Shown: positions 1 through 10,124 of the stretch, piece after piece
Layout of the letters: each line of letters begins with the position of its first letter
Numbering within the stretch: position 1 is the first letter of the stretch
Source: Candidatus Poribacteria bacterium
Lineage (GTDB): Bacteria; Poribacteria; WGA-4E; PCPOR2b
NCBI GenBank assembly: GCA_965208325.1
Contig: OZ242326.1
Span: 4,480,001 to 4,544,000, forward strand
Direction of reading: 5' to 3'
Length of the DNA: 64,000 bases
Program-made: the position numbers and the translations under genes
The notes under the pieces: model-generated
What the model saw: only the letters and a program-made list of their open reading frames with translations
Database searches by the model: none
What the model was told of the DNA's origin: nothing

Positions 1-302
1 CTGCCACGGCCGGGTGTGTTTTTCGGAAAGTTCGCCGGCCGTATGAGATTTGGCACGGTATCAATAAACTCAAAAACTTCCCGCTGCGCCCAAACGTGGT
101 TCCCGGTTGTAATCACGTCAACGCCCCACTCAAACAGTTCATCAACAATTGCTCGAGTTACTCCTTTACCGCCGGCGGCGTTTTCAGCGTTGGCGATTAC
201 AGCGTCGAATGGACCATGTTTTTGAGTTAAAATAGGCATGAGTGCCAGAGCGGCTTCCCGCCCAGGCCGCCCAACAATATCGCCAATGAATAAGAATTTC
301 AA
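1..302 (-). CDS. ymdB: YmdB/TIGR00282-family metallophosphoesterase, N-terminal part (runs off window start; absent from ORF track)
   Basis: Manual translation from TTG at 302: MKFLFIGDIVGRPGREAA...IANAENAAGGKGVT...GVDVITTGNHVWAQRE, which has the GDIVG, NAENAAGG and TTGNH motifs. Confidence 0.9.
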   Translation of the reverse strand, partial: MKFLFIGDIVGRPGREAALALMPILTQKHGPFDAVIANAENAAGGKGVTRAIVDELFEWGVDVITTGNHVWAQREVFEFIDTVPNLIRPANFPKNTPGRG

Positions 303-366
303 TAATTGTTCCGTTCTTTACGTATTTAATTGACAACAAGGACCGAAACAGCGATGCGGTTTGCGG

Positions 367-1134
367 TCAGACTGCCGTCCAACCGCCATCGACAACGAGT
401 GTGTGTCCGGTAATCATACTGGCGGCATCGCTGGCGAGATACAGCACCGCAGCGGCAATTTCCTCCGGTTCAGCGAGGCGCCCAATCAGAATTTTTTCAA
501 GCGTCATCTCGCGAAACGTCGGGTTTTGCATTGCCTCTTCCGCGAGCGGTGTTCGTGTAACGGTGGGCGCAACGGCGTTTACGGTAATTTTGTGCGGCGC
601 CCACTCTGCCGCCAACGCCTTTGTAACTTGACACACGGCCCCTTTCGCGCCACAGTAAGGGGCACGCAGGGGACCTCCCACGATGCCGACCTGTGAACTG
701 ATGTTGACAACCCTTCCCTCAACGCCGTGGTCTATCATCGACTTCGCCGCAACTTGACTCATAAAGAAAGTGCCCTTATAGTTGACATCCACGATGTAGT
801 CGAAATCATCTTCGGTTACTTCAAGGGCGGGTTGGATTTTGTTGAAACCGGCGTTGTTTACCAGCACATCGACACGCCCAAAGACATCAAGTGTTTTATT
901 CACGAAATCCCGTATGCTCGAAATCTGTGTAACGTCAAGTTGCCATGCCGCAGCGCGTTGCCCAGCTTGGCGAATCTGCTCCGCCGTTTCCTCCACCTCG
1001 CGCAATGTACGGCTTCCCAAAACTACATCTGCGCTAGCTTCTCCACAGGCGAGCGCGATCGATTTTCCGATCCCCCGCCTCCCGCCAGTGACAAGAACGA
1101 CCTTGCCGCTCAAGGAGAGATTGGTCAACCCCAT
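367..1134 (-). CDS. Short-chain dehydrogenase/reductase (gluconate 5-dehydrogenase/FabG-like)
   Basis: TGGRRGIG Rossmann motif, NNAG, YCGAK catalytic motif, VDGGW end. Confidence 0.92.
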   Translation of the reverse strand: MGLTNLSLSGKVVLVTGGRRGIGKSIALACGEASADVVLGSRTLREVEETAEQIRQAGQRAAAWQLDVTQISSIRDFVNKTLDVFGRVDVLVNNAGFNKIQPALEVTEDDFDYIVDVNYKGTFFMSQVAAKSMIDHGVEGRVVNISSQVGIVGGPLRAPYCGAKGAVCQVTKALAAEWAPHKITVNAVAPTVTRTPLAEEAMQNPTFREMTLEKILIGRLAEPEEIAAAVLYLASDAASMITGHTLVVDGGWTAV

Positions 1135-1172
1135 AGGATTATGATCCTTTTCAACCTACTTGATATCAATGC

Positions 1173-2222
1173 TTACGCCGCCACATGAATATGGGCATGC
1201 GACGAATCGGTGACGCGTCCAATTACAGCCGCTTCCGGGCAATCTCGCTCATGCAACACTGCCAGCGCCGAATCTGCATCAGCCTCTGGCAATGCAAAAA
1301 GCAACCCGCCGGAGGTTTCCGCTTCCATCAAAATATGGCGCATTTCCTCCGAGACGCCCGAATCAAAAGTTACCATCTGATCGAGGAATTTCGTATTCGA
1401 TTTGTAAGCTCGGGTTTGAATTTTCTTCTTCACGAGCATGGGGGCTTCGTCGAAGTAGGGGACACTCTTGGAAAAGATTTCCAGTGTGACGCCGTTGCCG
1501 CTTGCCATCTCTGAGCTGTGTCCAAGCAGACCGTATCCAGTTACATCCGTACAGGCATTTACGCTGAATTTCTGCATAACATCTGATGCAGACCGGTTCA
1601 AACGAGTCATTGATTCTACGACTTGCGGCAAGGCACTTTTACCGAGTTTATTGAATTTTAATCCCGTCGTGAGAATGCCGACACCGAGCCGTTTTGTAAG
1701 AATCAGAACATCGCCGGGTCTTGCACCAAAATTCCTTACTACCCGCTCTGGGTGGATTATGCCGGTTACTGCCAATCCATACATCAACTCGGGGGCATCA
1801 ACCGTATGTCCGCCAACAAGTACGGCGCCTGATTCCTTAACTTTATCCGCACCGCCCCTCATGATGTCACCGAGAATTTCCAGGTCCAACCGGTCTTTGG
1901 GCCAGTATAGAACATTGAGCGCGGTTTTGGGGATGCCGCCCATGCTATAGACATCGCTCAACGCATTCGTTGCGGCGATTTGTCCGAATGTGTATGGGTC
2001 ATCAACGATAGGCGTAAAATAGTCGGTGGTATTGATAATTGCAAGATCTTCGGTGAGTTTATAGACGCCTGCATCGTCCGATGTCTCTGTACCGACAAGC
2101 AAATTCGGGTCGTCCATCTCTGGTAGATTATGCAGGACTTGCGCAAGATCCCCCGGATCCAGTTTGGATGCTCACCCAGCGCATTTGACGGTTTTTGTCA
2201 ATTGGACCTTTTTCTTCGTCAT
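1173..2222 (-). CDS. selD: Selenide, water dikinase (selenophosphate synthetase), itself a selenoprotein with in-frame UGA at codon 17
   Basis: The ORF-track protein (DDAGVY, TTDYFTPIVDDP, GGHT, TDVTGYGLLGH, ETSGGLL) extends upstream through TGA 2174-2172 to ATG 2222: MTKKKVQLTKTVKCAG-U-ASKLDPGDL; AAGGAG RBS upstream of that ATG. Confidence 0.95.
2135..2171 (-). promoter_or_regulatory. Putative bacterial SECIS element just 3' of the selD UGA
   Basis: Sequence after UGA, GCATCCAAACTGGATCCGGGGGATCTTGCGCAAGTCC, can form a GATCC/GGATC stem with a G-rich loop at the expected distance; exact fold not computed. Confidence 0.5.
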
Positions 2223-2243
2223 TGTGTGTTATGCTCCTTTTTG

Positions 2244-3097
2244 CGATTTTTCGTCACGCGTGCGCGGCAAGATGCCGCGCCTACGGTGGGTGCGGTTAAG
2301 GCAATTGAACGATAAGGTGTTGTAATACGATTTTTCGTCACGGGTGCGCGGCAAGATGTCCCGCCTACGGTGGGTGCGGTTAAGGCAGTTGAACGATAAG
2401 GTGTTGCAATACGATTTTTCGTCACGGGTGCGCGGCAAGATGCCGCGCCTACGGTGTGTGCGGTTAAGGCAGTTGAACGATAAGGTGTTGTAATACGATT
2501 TTTCGTCACGGGTGCGCGGCAAGATGCCGCGCCTACGGTGTGTGCGGTTAAGGCAGTTGAACGATAAGGTGTTGTAATACGATTTTTCGTCACGGGTGCG
2601 CGGCAAGATGCCGCGCCTACGGTGTGTGCGGTTAAGGCAATTGAACGATAAGGTGTTGTAATACGATTTTTCATCACGAGTGCGGGATAAGATGTCCCGC
2701 CTACGGTGTGTGCGGTTAAGGCAATTGAACGATAAGGTGTTGTAATACGATTTTTCGTCACGGGTGCGCGGCAAGATGCCGCGCCTACGGTGTGTGCGGT
2801 TAAGGCAATTGAACGATAAGGTGTTGTAATACGATTTTTCGTCACGGGTGCGCGGCAAGATGCCGCGCCTACGGTGTGTGCGGTTAAGGCAATTGAACGA
2901 TAAGGTGTTGTAATACGATTTTTCATCACGAGTGCGGGATAAGATGTCCCGCCTACGATGGGTGTGGTTAAGGCAGTTGAACGATAAGGTGTTGTAATAC
3001 GATTTTTCGTCACGGGTGCGCGGCTAATGCAGTTGAACGATAAGATGTTGTAATACGATTTTTCATCACGGGTGCGCGGCAAGATGCCGCGCCTACG
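2244..3097. repeat. Tandem array of 84-bp units (9 full, one 56-bp deleted, one partial), each full unit with a GTAG-type REP-like hairpin
   Basis: CGATTTTTC(G/A)TCACG recurs at 2244, 2328, 2412, 2496, 2580, 2664, 2748, 2832, 2916, 3000 and 3056; minus-strand hairpin GTAG-GCGCGGCATCTTGCCGCGC. Confidence 0.97.
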
Positions 3098-3378
3098 TGG
3101 GTGTAGCTGTAAATAGATGAATTTTCTAAAAGGTTTTTAAGAGCAAATTAACAAAAACGAATCGCGTTCATGCGTTGAGTACATGAGTTTATTCATCCTG
3201 TTGCGGCATTGAGGGATGAGCGGTCTCTTCACGTGAGAACCGGAGATGCGGCGAGGTTTTATGGCAAATGATAACATACAGCAGGATTGGCGTCAAGACT
3301 ATGTGTTTAGGCGGTGCGCAGTTTACTTGTACTTTGAAATCGACTTGGCAAGCATGACATTCTGCGTTCGCATTACTG

Positions 3379-4128
3379 TCAAGGAATCAATATACGTCCG
3401 CCGCTCGCAACTACTGTTGAGCCGGTCATATAGCTTGATTCTTCGCTTAACAGAAATGCGATCACATTCGCCATCTCCTCGGGTTCACCCATACGTCCCA
3501 TCGGCGTCGCGGCGCACAAGTTTTCAATCATAGCGGGCGAAACCTCATTTACCATGTCCGTTGCAATCAATCCCGGCGCAACCGAATTGATTCGAATGTT
3601 GTGTTGCGCGAGGGGTTCGCAACAGGATTTCGTTAAGGCAATTACACCCGCTTTCGAAGCGGCATAGGCGAGTTGATTCGGACGGACTGCCAGTGCGGCG
3701 ATTGATGATACGTTGACGATTCGTCCAAAATTCCGTTCAATCATTGCGGCCTTAACCGCCCATATAACATTGAAGGTACCCGTCAGGTTGATTGCAATGG
3801 TTCGATCCCACTGTTCAGGCGTCAATTCGTCAAAGTTTGAATCTACCACTGCGCCAGCGTTGTTCACTAGCAAATCTATTGCACCCAAGTTTCCTGCGAT
3901 TTTCCTGGCCATTTTGTTGACGGATTCTCGATCCGATATATCCGCCTGAACGACCATCGCCTCGCGTCCCATCGCACGGATTTGCCGGTATACATCCTCC
4001 GCCTGATCCGCTGCCGTGACATAATGCACGGCGACATTTGCACCTTGAGCGGCTAGCTTTAGCGCTGTCGCTTTCCCAATACCACGGCTGGCGCCCGTGA
4101 CTAGCGCAAGCTTTCCTTCAAATCTCAT
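3379..4128 (-). CDS. SDR oxidoreductase, 3-oxoacyl-ACP reductase-like
   Basis: TGASRGIG, NNAG, YAASK; GGAGG RBS. Confidence 0.92.
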   Translation of the reverse strand: MRFEGKLALVTGASRGIGKATALKLAAQGANVAVHYVTAADQAEDVYRQIRAMGREAMVVQADISDRESVNKMARKIAGNLGAIDLLVNNAGAVVDSNFDELTPEQWDRTIAINLTGTFNVIWAVKAAMIERNFGRIVNVSSIAALAVRPNQLAYAASKAGVIALTKSCCEPLAQHNIRINSVAPGLIATDMVNEVSPAMIENLCAATPMGRMGEPEEMANVIAFLLSEESSYMTGSTVVASGGRILIP

Positions 4129-4210
4129 GTATGCCTCCTTTTCTGTCTATATCGGCGGCGGTTGAGTCCGCGTAACTCATCAGTGCGCGCCGGTAATTTC
4201 TGACAATATA

Positions 4211-4789
4211 CTAAAGCGAAATCTGAAGCACTAAAACGGTGCCTGCGACAGCAATTAGTGCTGCCGCGGCAGTTTGTAATATGGTGTGTCTTTTCCGCTG
4301 CACCCTTGCCCAAGCAATCAACGGCAACAACAGAGATAGCCACGCAATTTTCGTATCCACCAATAGAATGAGTATGGTTAACGACCCTGCTGCACTACCG
4401 CAGTGGAAACTGATTTTCCACCGGTGCGTTATCGCTGTAAACACAACTCCGTTTATGGCATAAGCGATGCAAGGCAAAACAATCTGCCGAGGCGCATCAA
4501 ATGATTGCAGGACGAAAATGCCAACCAGCGTGCTTACAAGTGAAAAGTACAACGGCGCCAAACGTTGCTTCCTCACCGCAAGATGAAGGTCGCTCAGGCG
4601 GCCTGACCGCACAAGGGCAAGAATTAAAATGGACGGTAATACTGAGGCGAACAACGTAACCACTAGGATCCATAACATAGCCTGCTGAAGCGAATTCGCG
4701 TAGGTCCAGGCGAGCAATAGGACTGTCGGAACTGGTATAAGAAACGGGCTAAAGATGATTGATATAGCGACAGCGATTCGGTCCAGCAT
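4211..4789 (-). CDS. Multi-pass membrane protein, possibly PAP2-superfamily-related
   Basis: Several hydrophobic segments; KISFH and WARVQRKRHT motifs. Confidence 0.6.
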   Translation of the reverse strand: MLDRIAVAISIIFSPFLIPVPTVLLLAWTYANSLQQAMLWILVVTLFASVLPSILILALVRSGRLSDLHLAVRKQRLAPLYFSLVSTLVGIFVLQSFDAPRQIVLPCIAYAINGVVFTAITHRWKISFHCGSAAGSLTILILLVDTKIAWLSLLLPLIAWARVQRKRHTILQTAAAALIAVAGTVLVLQISL

Positions 4790-4866
4790 TTGCGGTACGT
4801 GAGAGGGAGCACGCGCTTCAAAGGTTCAAAAAAGCCAAGGGTTGAATATTCGTTAATTTGATGAAT

Positions 4867-5181
4867 CTATTTGACATTTTCATCGATCCATTTAAGGTAA
4901 TCTGCGTTCCCACCAACGATTGGAACGGATGTCACCTCGCATATCTCGTAGCTGTGTAATTTCCTTACGCTTTCGATGAGTTCTTCCATTAATTCCGATT
5001 TTGTCTTGATGACAAGCTTGGCTTCCTGATCTGACTCAATTTTCCCGTTCCACCAGTAGTATGAATCTACTTGCGGGATGACGTTAACACAAGCGGCGAG
5101 CTTGCGCTCGACCAAAGATTCCGCAATCCGCTTGGCTTCTTCAACGGTCGGAGTAGTCACGAAGGCTATTACGTACTCCAT
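4867..5181 (-). CDS. cutA: Divalent-cation tolerance protein CutA
   Basis: LAACVN, SYYWWNGKIE, LHSYEICE motifs; GGAGG RBS. Confidence 0.93.
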   Translation of the reverse strand: MEYVIAFVTTPTVEEAKRIAESLVERKLAACVNVIPQVDSYYWWNGKIESDQEAKLVIKTKSELMEELIESVRKLHSYEICEVTSVPIVGGNADYLKWIDENVK

Positions 5182-5237
5182 TTGGACCTCCCGTTTCCGT
5201 CTTTTTCATACGCTCATACGACAAGCATGCCCACCTA

Positions 5238-7655
5238 TCAGCTACGAAGTTCCGCATCTAACTCGTCTTCCAGTGTTTTTACAATTCTGTCATGAACCTG
5301 ATCCACAATTTCATCAGTCAGGGTTTGCGTGTTGGAGTGGTATTCGATGGCATAAGCCAGGCTTTTCTTTCCTTCGGGAACTTGCTCGCCTGTGTACAAA
5401 TCAAACAGGCGGATAGAATTAACGTATTTGCCGGCGGCGGACTTAATCACGCTGGTCGGGCGGCTGGAAGGAATGTCCGCATCAAGCACTATTGCAAGAT
5501 CTCGATTGACGCTGGGATAGATTGAAATCGGCTGAAATTCGTTATTCAGATTGGAGGCTTCAACGAGTTCCTCGAAATCGAGTTCGAACAGATAGGCTTT
5601 ATTGGGCAAATCGTAGCGCTCAATTATGTCGGGGTGGATTTCACCCAAAACACAAATTTTCTGCCCGCCTACACGTATTTCTGCGCTGCGTCCGGGATGG
5701 AAGGCGGGGTGTTCGGCTTGAACGATAGTCTCACCGGAAACGCCGCAAACTTCCAGCATGCCCTCGACAATCCCCTTGATGTCGAAGAAGTCCGCCGGGC
5801 GCTGCAGATCGGCGTATACGCCGGTACCGAGGCTGCCAGTAACAATGCCAGCCACACGTTCCAATTCATTCGGATATTCTCCACTCGTTTCGACACTCTC
5901 GGCGGGATCGCTCGGCATGAAAACTTGGGCAATTTCAAAAAGTTGCACATCGATCACCTGATGGTTTGCGTTCCGCTGCGCATTCTCCAGCAAACTGGGA
6001 ATCAGCGTTGTTCGCATGGTTGAGAAATCTTCCACGAGCGGATTTCGAATCTGAAGCGCACCCCGAAGCGGATCGTCAGCGTCTAGCCGTATGCGGTCGA
6101 AAACGTCCGGATGGTAGAACGAGTAATTTATTGCTTCCATCATGCCGCAGTCAAGGAGGTAGGTTTTCACCTGCTGCCGCAGCATCGATTTCGGATCGAC
6201 ACTTGATGTCGGAAGGTTGCCTTGCGGCAGCGCGATTGGGATATTGTCATAACCGTAAACACGAGCGATCTCTTCGATTAGGTCGATTTCTCGGTCTACA
6301 TCGGGACGGAACGTCGGCACTGTGACTTCGAAACCACCGGACACAGTAAAACCGAGACGAGTGAGTATCTCACGCATCAGGTTTGGCGTAATTTCTGTAC
6401 CCAGAACGAAATTGACACGTTCCGGGCGCAACTTAATCCGATTAGGCGTTCGTACACCGGGGTAAACATCAATGATTCCTGCACCGACTTCACCTCCGGC
6501 AATCTCGGCGATAAGTTGTGCTGCTCGATTAATGGCGGGAATAACACCTTCTGGATCAACGCCGCGTTCGAATCGATGGGAAGCTTCGGTGTGCATGCCT
6601 AAATTTTTTGAGGTTTTGCGGATGCTTGTCGGATGAAAATACGCACTTTCGAGCAGGACATCAACCGTCTGCCCGGTAATTTCCGAATCGAAACCGCCCA
6701 TCACCCCGGCGAGCGCCACGGGTTTCTCGGCATCCGCAATAACAAGCATGTCAGAAGTGAGGTTGCGTTCCTCTTCATCGAGCGTCTTTAAGATTTCGCC
6801 GGCTTTTACGCGGCGAACGACGATTCTGTTTTCGCCAAGCCGATGAAAATCAAAAGCGTGCAGCGGCTGCCCAAATTCCATTAAGGCGAAGTTCGTAATA
6901 TCTACGACGTTGTTAATTGGCGCCATGCCAACGGCTTCAAGCCGGCGCTGCAACCAGGTTGGAGAGGGAGCAATTTTAACCCCCCGAATCAGCCGCGCCG
7001 CGTAACGCGGACAAAGATCCGGCGCATCTATTGTGACCGAGGTAAAATCCCGAATGTTCGCGGCGGATTCTTGCACTATGGATTGCGGCGTTTTCAGCGA
7101 ATTGCTTGTTATGACGCTAATTTCCCGTGCAACACCTATCATACTCAGGCAGTCCGGACGATTGGGTGTAATTTCAAGCTCCATCATAACATCGTCCAAA
7201 CCCAGCGCTTCCACGAGCGGCGTTCCTGCCTTTAGATTGTCCGAGAGCTCCATCAGACCTGACGCTTCATCCGATACATTTAACTCACTTTCAGAGCAGA
7301 GCATTCCGTGTGATGGCTCGCCTCGGATGTTCGCAGATTCGACTGTCACCCCGCTCGGCAATTCTGCCCCGACCAAAGCGACAGGTGCGACCAATCCCGC
7401 GCGCGCGTTAGGCGCGCCGCAAACGATTTGTAGGTCTGCGTCCGATCCAACATCGACATCGCATAAAACGAGATTATTCGCCCCCACGTGCTCCCTGACT
7501 GCGTTAATCCTGCCGACCGTGACTCGGTCCAGCCCTTCTCCGAGCCGCTTAACGGATTCGACTTCAATGCCGAGCATCATCAAACGGTCGGCGAGTTCTT
7601 CTGGGGAAAGGTCGAAATCAACGTATTCCTTTAGCCATTTCACGCTTACGTTCAT
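5238..7655 (-). CDS. pheT: Phenylalanine-tRNA ligase beta subunit
   Basis: IVCGAPN, EITPNRPDCLS, GQPLHAFD, RFERGVD, C-terminal FDX-ACB (RDLA...KKSLAY). Confidence 0.98.
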   Translation of the reverse strand: MNVSVKWLKEYVDFDLSPEELADRLMMLGIEVESVKRLGEGLDRVTVGRINAVREHVGANNLVLCDVDVGSDADLQIVCGAPNARAGLVAPVALVGAELPSGVTVESANIRGEPSHGMLCSESELNVSDEASGLMELSDNLKAGTPLVEALGLDDVMMELEITPNRPDCLSMIGVAREISVITSNSLKTPQSIVQESAANIRDFTSVTIDAPDLCPRYAARLIRGVKIAPSPTWLQRRLEAVGMAPINNVVDITNFALMEFGQPLHAFDFHRLGENRIVVRRVKAGEILKTLDEEERNLTSDMLVIADAEKPVALAGVMGGFDSEITGQTVDVLLESAYFHPTSIRKTSKNLGMHTEASHRFERGVDPEGVIPAINRAAQLIAEIAGGEVGAGIIDVYPGVRTPNRIKLRPERVNFVLGTEITPNLMREILTRLGFTVSGGFEVTVPTFRPDVDREIDLIEEIARVYGYDNIPIALPQGNLPTSSVDPKSMLRQQVKTYLLDCGMMEAINYSFYHPDVFDRIRLDADDPLRGALQIRNPLVEDFSTMRTTLIPSLLENAQRNANHQVIDVQLFEIAQVFMPSDPAESVETSGEYPNELERVAGIVTGSLGTGVYADLQRPADFFDIKGIVEGMLEVCGVSGETIVQAEHPAFHPGRSAEIRVGGQKICVLGEIHPDIIERYDLPNKAYLFELDFEELVEASNLNNEFQPISIYPSVNRDLAIVLDADIPSSRPTSVIKSAAGKYVNSIRLFDLYTGEQVPEGKKSLAYAIEYHSNTQTLTDEIVDQVHDRIVKTLEDELDAELRS

Positions 7656-8002
7656 TTTCTAACATTGCTCCGTAGAGTGGCTTATAACCAAATGTGTTTA
7701 TAACCCCCTCTAACTCCCCCTTGGTATGGGGGAGGATTGGTATTCCGTCACCGTATGGGATCAACCGGGTGAATAGCGAGGGCGATAGTGTTTATCAGGT
7801 CATCCCGCCGATTCACGAATCGCGGATACAGGAAGCCCAAGCATCCAAATATTGATTCATTGCACAATTATGTGGGAGCGTCCTCCCGGACGCGATAATC
7901 TCTAAATATCGAGGCAAGGATGCCTCTCCCACAGTGAAAATTTTGGCAACCGTCAAACGGCGAATTGCGGCAAGCCAAAGATTTTTCCGTCCCCGCCTAA
8001 GA

Positions 8003-9019
8003 TTAAAACTGACGGAGGAACCGCATGTCATTTTCGAATAGCAGCCGTAAGTCTGGGATGCCAAAACGCAGCATCGCGATGCGGTCTACCCCCATGCCAA
8101 ATGCAAAGCCGGTGACTTGATTCGGATCGTAATTTACGTAGCTGAACACGTTTGGATCGACAGATCCGGCGCCCAAGATTTCGAGCCAACCCGTCCATGA
8201 ACAGGTGCGGCAACCCTTGCCGCCGCAAACCGTGCAGGAGATATCGACTTCGGCGCTCGGCTCTGTGAAAGGGAAGAAGTGGGGACGAAAACGCACACGT
8301 GTTCCTTCTCCAAACATCTGCCGCGCAAAGGAATGGAGTACGCCTTTCAGCTCGCTGAAGGTGACGCGGTAATCAACCAGCAACCCTTCAACTTGGTGGA
8401 ACATCGGCGTATGCGATATATCGTAATCGCGCCGGTATGCCTTACCCGGCACAATGATGCGCACGGGCGGCTGCTGTTTTTCCATGACCCGCACCTGAAC
8501 CGGCGAGGTATGGGTGCGCAGCAATAGGCTATCCGTGATATAGAGGGTATCGTGAAGATCCCGCGCTGGATGGTCTTGGGGTGTGTTCAGCGCATCAAAA
8601 TTGTAATATTCGTGCTCAATCTCCGGACCTTCCGCGACTTGGAATCCCATACCGAGAAAGATTTCCTGAATCCGTTCGAGCGACTGCGTTACCGGGTGTT
8701 TTTTGCCGATTGTTGGACGCCGCCCGGGTAGCGTGATGTCTATCGTTTCCAGAGCAAGCTTTTGTTGGCGTTCTTGGCGGGAAAGCGCTTCGGCAAGCTG
8801 ATCAAAAGCCTCCGTAAGCCGTGTTCTCACTGTATTTGCGTGCTTGCCGACGATTGGACGCTCTTCTTTGGAGAGTGCCCCCATGCCTTTCATCAATGCG
8901 GTGAACGCGCCTTTGCGGCCAAAATACCTAATCCGCAGCGACTCAAGCTCAGCTAAATTATCTACGTTTTTCAGGCTTGCAAGCGCATCAGCCTCAATTT
9001 GATTCAACTGCTCCTGCAT
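8003..9019 (-). CDS. pheS: Phenylalanine-tRNA ligase alpha subunit (start likely ATG 9019, not 9052)
   Basis: HPARD, LLRTHTSPVQ, HTPMFHQVEGL, FPFTEPS, GFAFGMG; GGAGA RBS before ATG 9019. Confidence 0.98.
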   Translation of the reverse strand: MQEQLNQIEADALASLKNVDNLAELESLRIRYFGRKGAFTALMKGMGALSKEERPIVGKHANTVRTRLTEAFDQLAEALSRQERQQKLALETIDITLPGRRPTIGKKHPVTQSLERIQEIFLGMGFQVAEGPEIEHEYYNFDALNTPQDHPARDLHDTLYITDSLLLRTHTSPVQVRVMEKQQPPVRIIVPGKAYRRDYDISHTPMFHQVEGLLVDYRVTFSELKGVLHSFARQMFGEGTRVRFRPHFFPFTEPSAEVDISCTVCGGKGCRTCSWTGWLEILGAGSVDPNVFSYVNYDPNQVTGFAFGMGVDRIAMLRFGIPDLRLLFENDMRFLRQF

Positions 9020-9035
9020 GCTTTCTCCAGCCAAC

Positions 9036-9325
9036 AAAAAAACGCCTGTCACTTTAGCCCATTAGGGACGAAAGCAACAGGCGTCAACTTCCGCGGTACC
9101 ACCCTAGTTGACAGAATAAATATCTGCCCTCTTCATTGGTCGAATCAATAACGGTGAAACCCCCGGCACAAACCTACTTGTCCTCCGCACATTGGGGTTG
9201 GACGTTCAGCTTGGCAGCTCCAAGATGAAATTCGGCGGTTGGTTCCAAAGATGCGCTTTCAGCCAGTGGCGCTTCCTCTCTGATTGGAAGATTCCAACCG
9301 CTTACTTTGTCCCTTCATCGCCTTT
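9036..9325 (-). promoter_or_regulatory. T-box riboswitch (Phe, UUC specifier) with intrinsic terminator upstream of pheST
   Basis: Minus strand has the T-box AGGGTGGTACCGCG (9105-9092), a terminator GACGCCTGT...ACAGGCGTTTTTTT, stem I AG-box/GCTGA motifs and specifier GAAT-TTC-A at about 9229-9227. Confidence 0.88.
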
Positions 9326-9367
9326 AAATTACCGTATTCAGTTATTGTTTAAGGGGAAATTCTGAAT

Positions 9368-9617
9368 CTAGGTTCTGTTGACATTTCATCGCAACCGGAC
9401 AATCAAAAACGGTGCACAGACACATGACGCTTCGTAGGGGTTGGGTTCCCCAACCCTTTTTTCACAATCAAATACGATTTCGGACTGCTGTAGGTTGTTT
9501 GGCCAAAATCAACTCAATCTGTATGGTTGGAAGTTCCCTGCCCGCGTTGGTCAATGGGCGAGGTAACCTCGCCCCTACGATTACAGGCCGTTTTACATAA
9601 ATGTCAACACGCCCTAG
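9368..9617. mobile_element. MITE-like element with IS5-like terminal inverted repeats and an internal REP pair
   Basis: Left CTAGGTTCTGTTGACATTT versus right reverse complement CTAGGGCGTGTTGACATTT; internal GTAGGGGTTGGGTTCCCCAACCC and GGGCGAGGTAACCTCGCCCCTAC. Confidence 0.7.
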
Positions 9618-9661
9618 TGCTCCTAATTTAGATGTGTCTTTCCTCGGCAACGCGCACAGCG

Positions 9662-10015
9662 TCAGCTTGACGCCTTCGCGAGCGCTGCAATCTGAGCAAA
9701 TCCAGCCTCATCATGCACCGCTATGTCCGCGAGAACCTTACGATTGAGTTCAATTCCCGCTATTTTAAGGCCGTTCATGAGTCGGTTGTATGATAAACCG
9801 TGCATTCTTGCGGCGGCATTGATTCGCACAATCCAAAGCCTTCTGAATTCCCGTTTGCGGGTCCGCCTATGCGCATACGCGTGATTCCACCCCTTTTCGA
9901 CCGCCTCCATAGCGGTTCGCTTCAAATTGTTCCGTCCGCCGCGATACCCTTTTGAATGTTTTAAGATTCTTTTCCGGCGTTTTAATCGAATGTTTCCCGT
10001 TTCAACTCTTGCCAT
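9662..10015 (-). CDS. rplT: 50S ribosomal protein L20
   Basis: MARV...KGYRG...[25 protein letters not shown]...[10 protein letters not shown]. Confidence 0.98.
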   Translation of the reverse strand: MARVETGNIRLKRRKRILKHSKGYRGGRNNLKRTAMEAVEKGWNHAYAHRRTRKREFRRLWIVRINAAARMHGLSYNRLMNGLKIAGIELNRKVLADIAVHDEAGFAQIAALAKASS

Positions 10016-10124
10016 TTCGACCTCGTTAAGAAATTGTGTGATGTGTATTTGAAATTGCCATTGTAATCAATTAATACGGCGCGGCATTAGCAGGGCGTTT
10101 TGAAACCCTCCGCGGACGCAGAAA

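Noticed and set aside
2219..3082. 287-aa and 209-aa repeat proteins from the ORF track
   Set aside because: Open frames follow from the 84-bp (28-codon) period; no clear RBS, and the conserved feature is a DNA hairpin. Kept only as a speculative note
2244..3097. CRISPR array
   Set aside because: The sequence between hairpins is near-identical in every unit, so there are no unique spacers, and no cas genes are nearby
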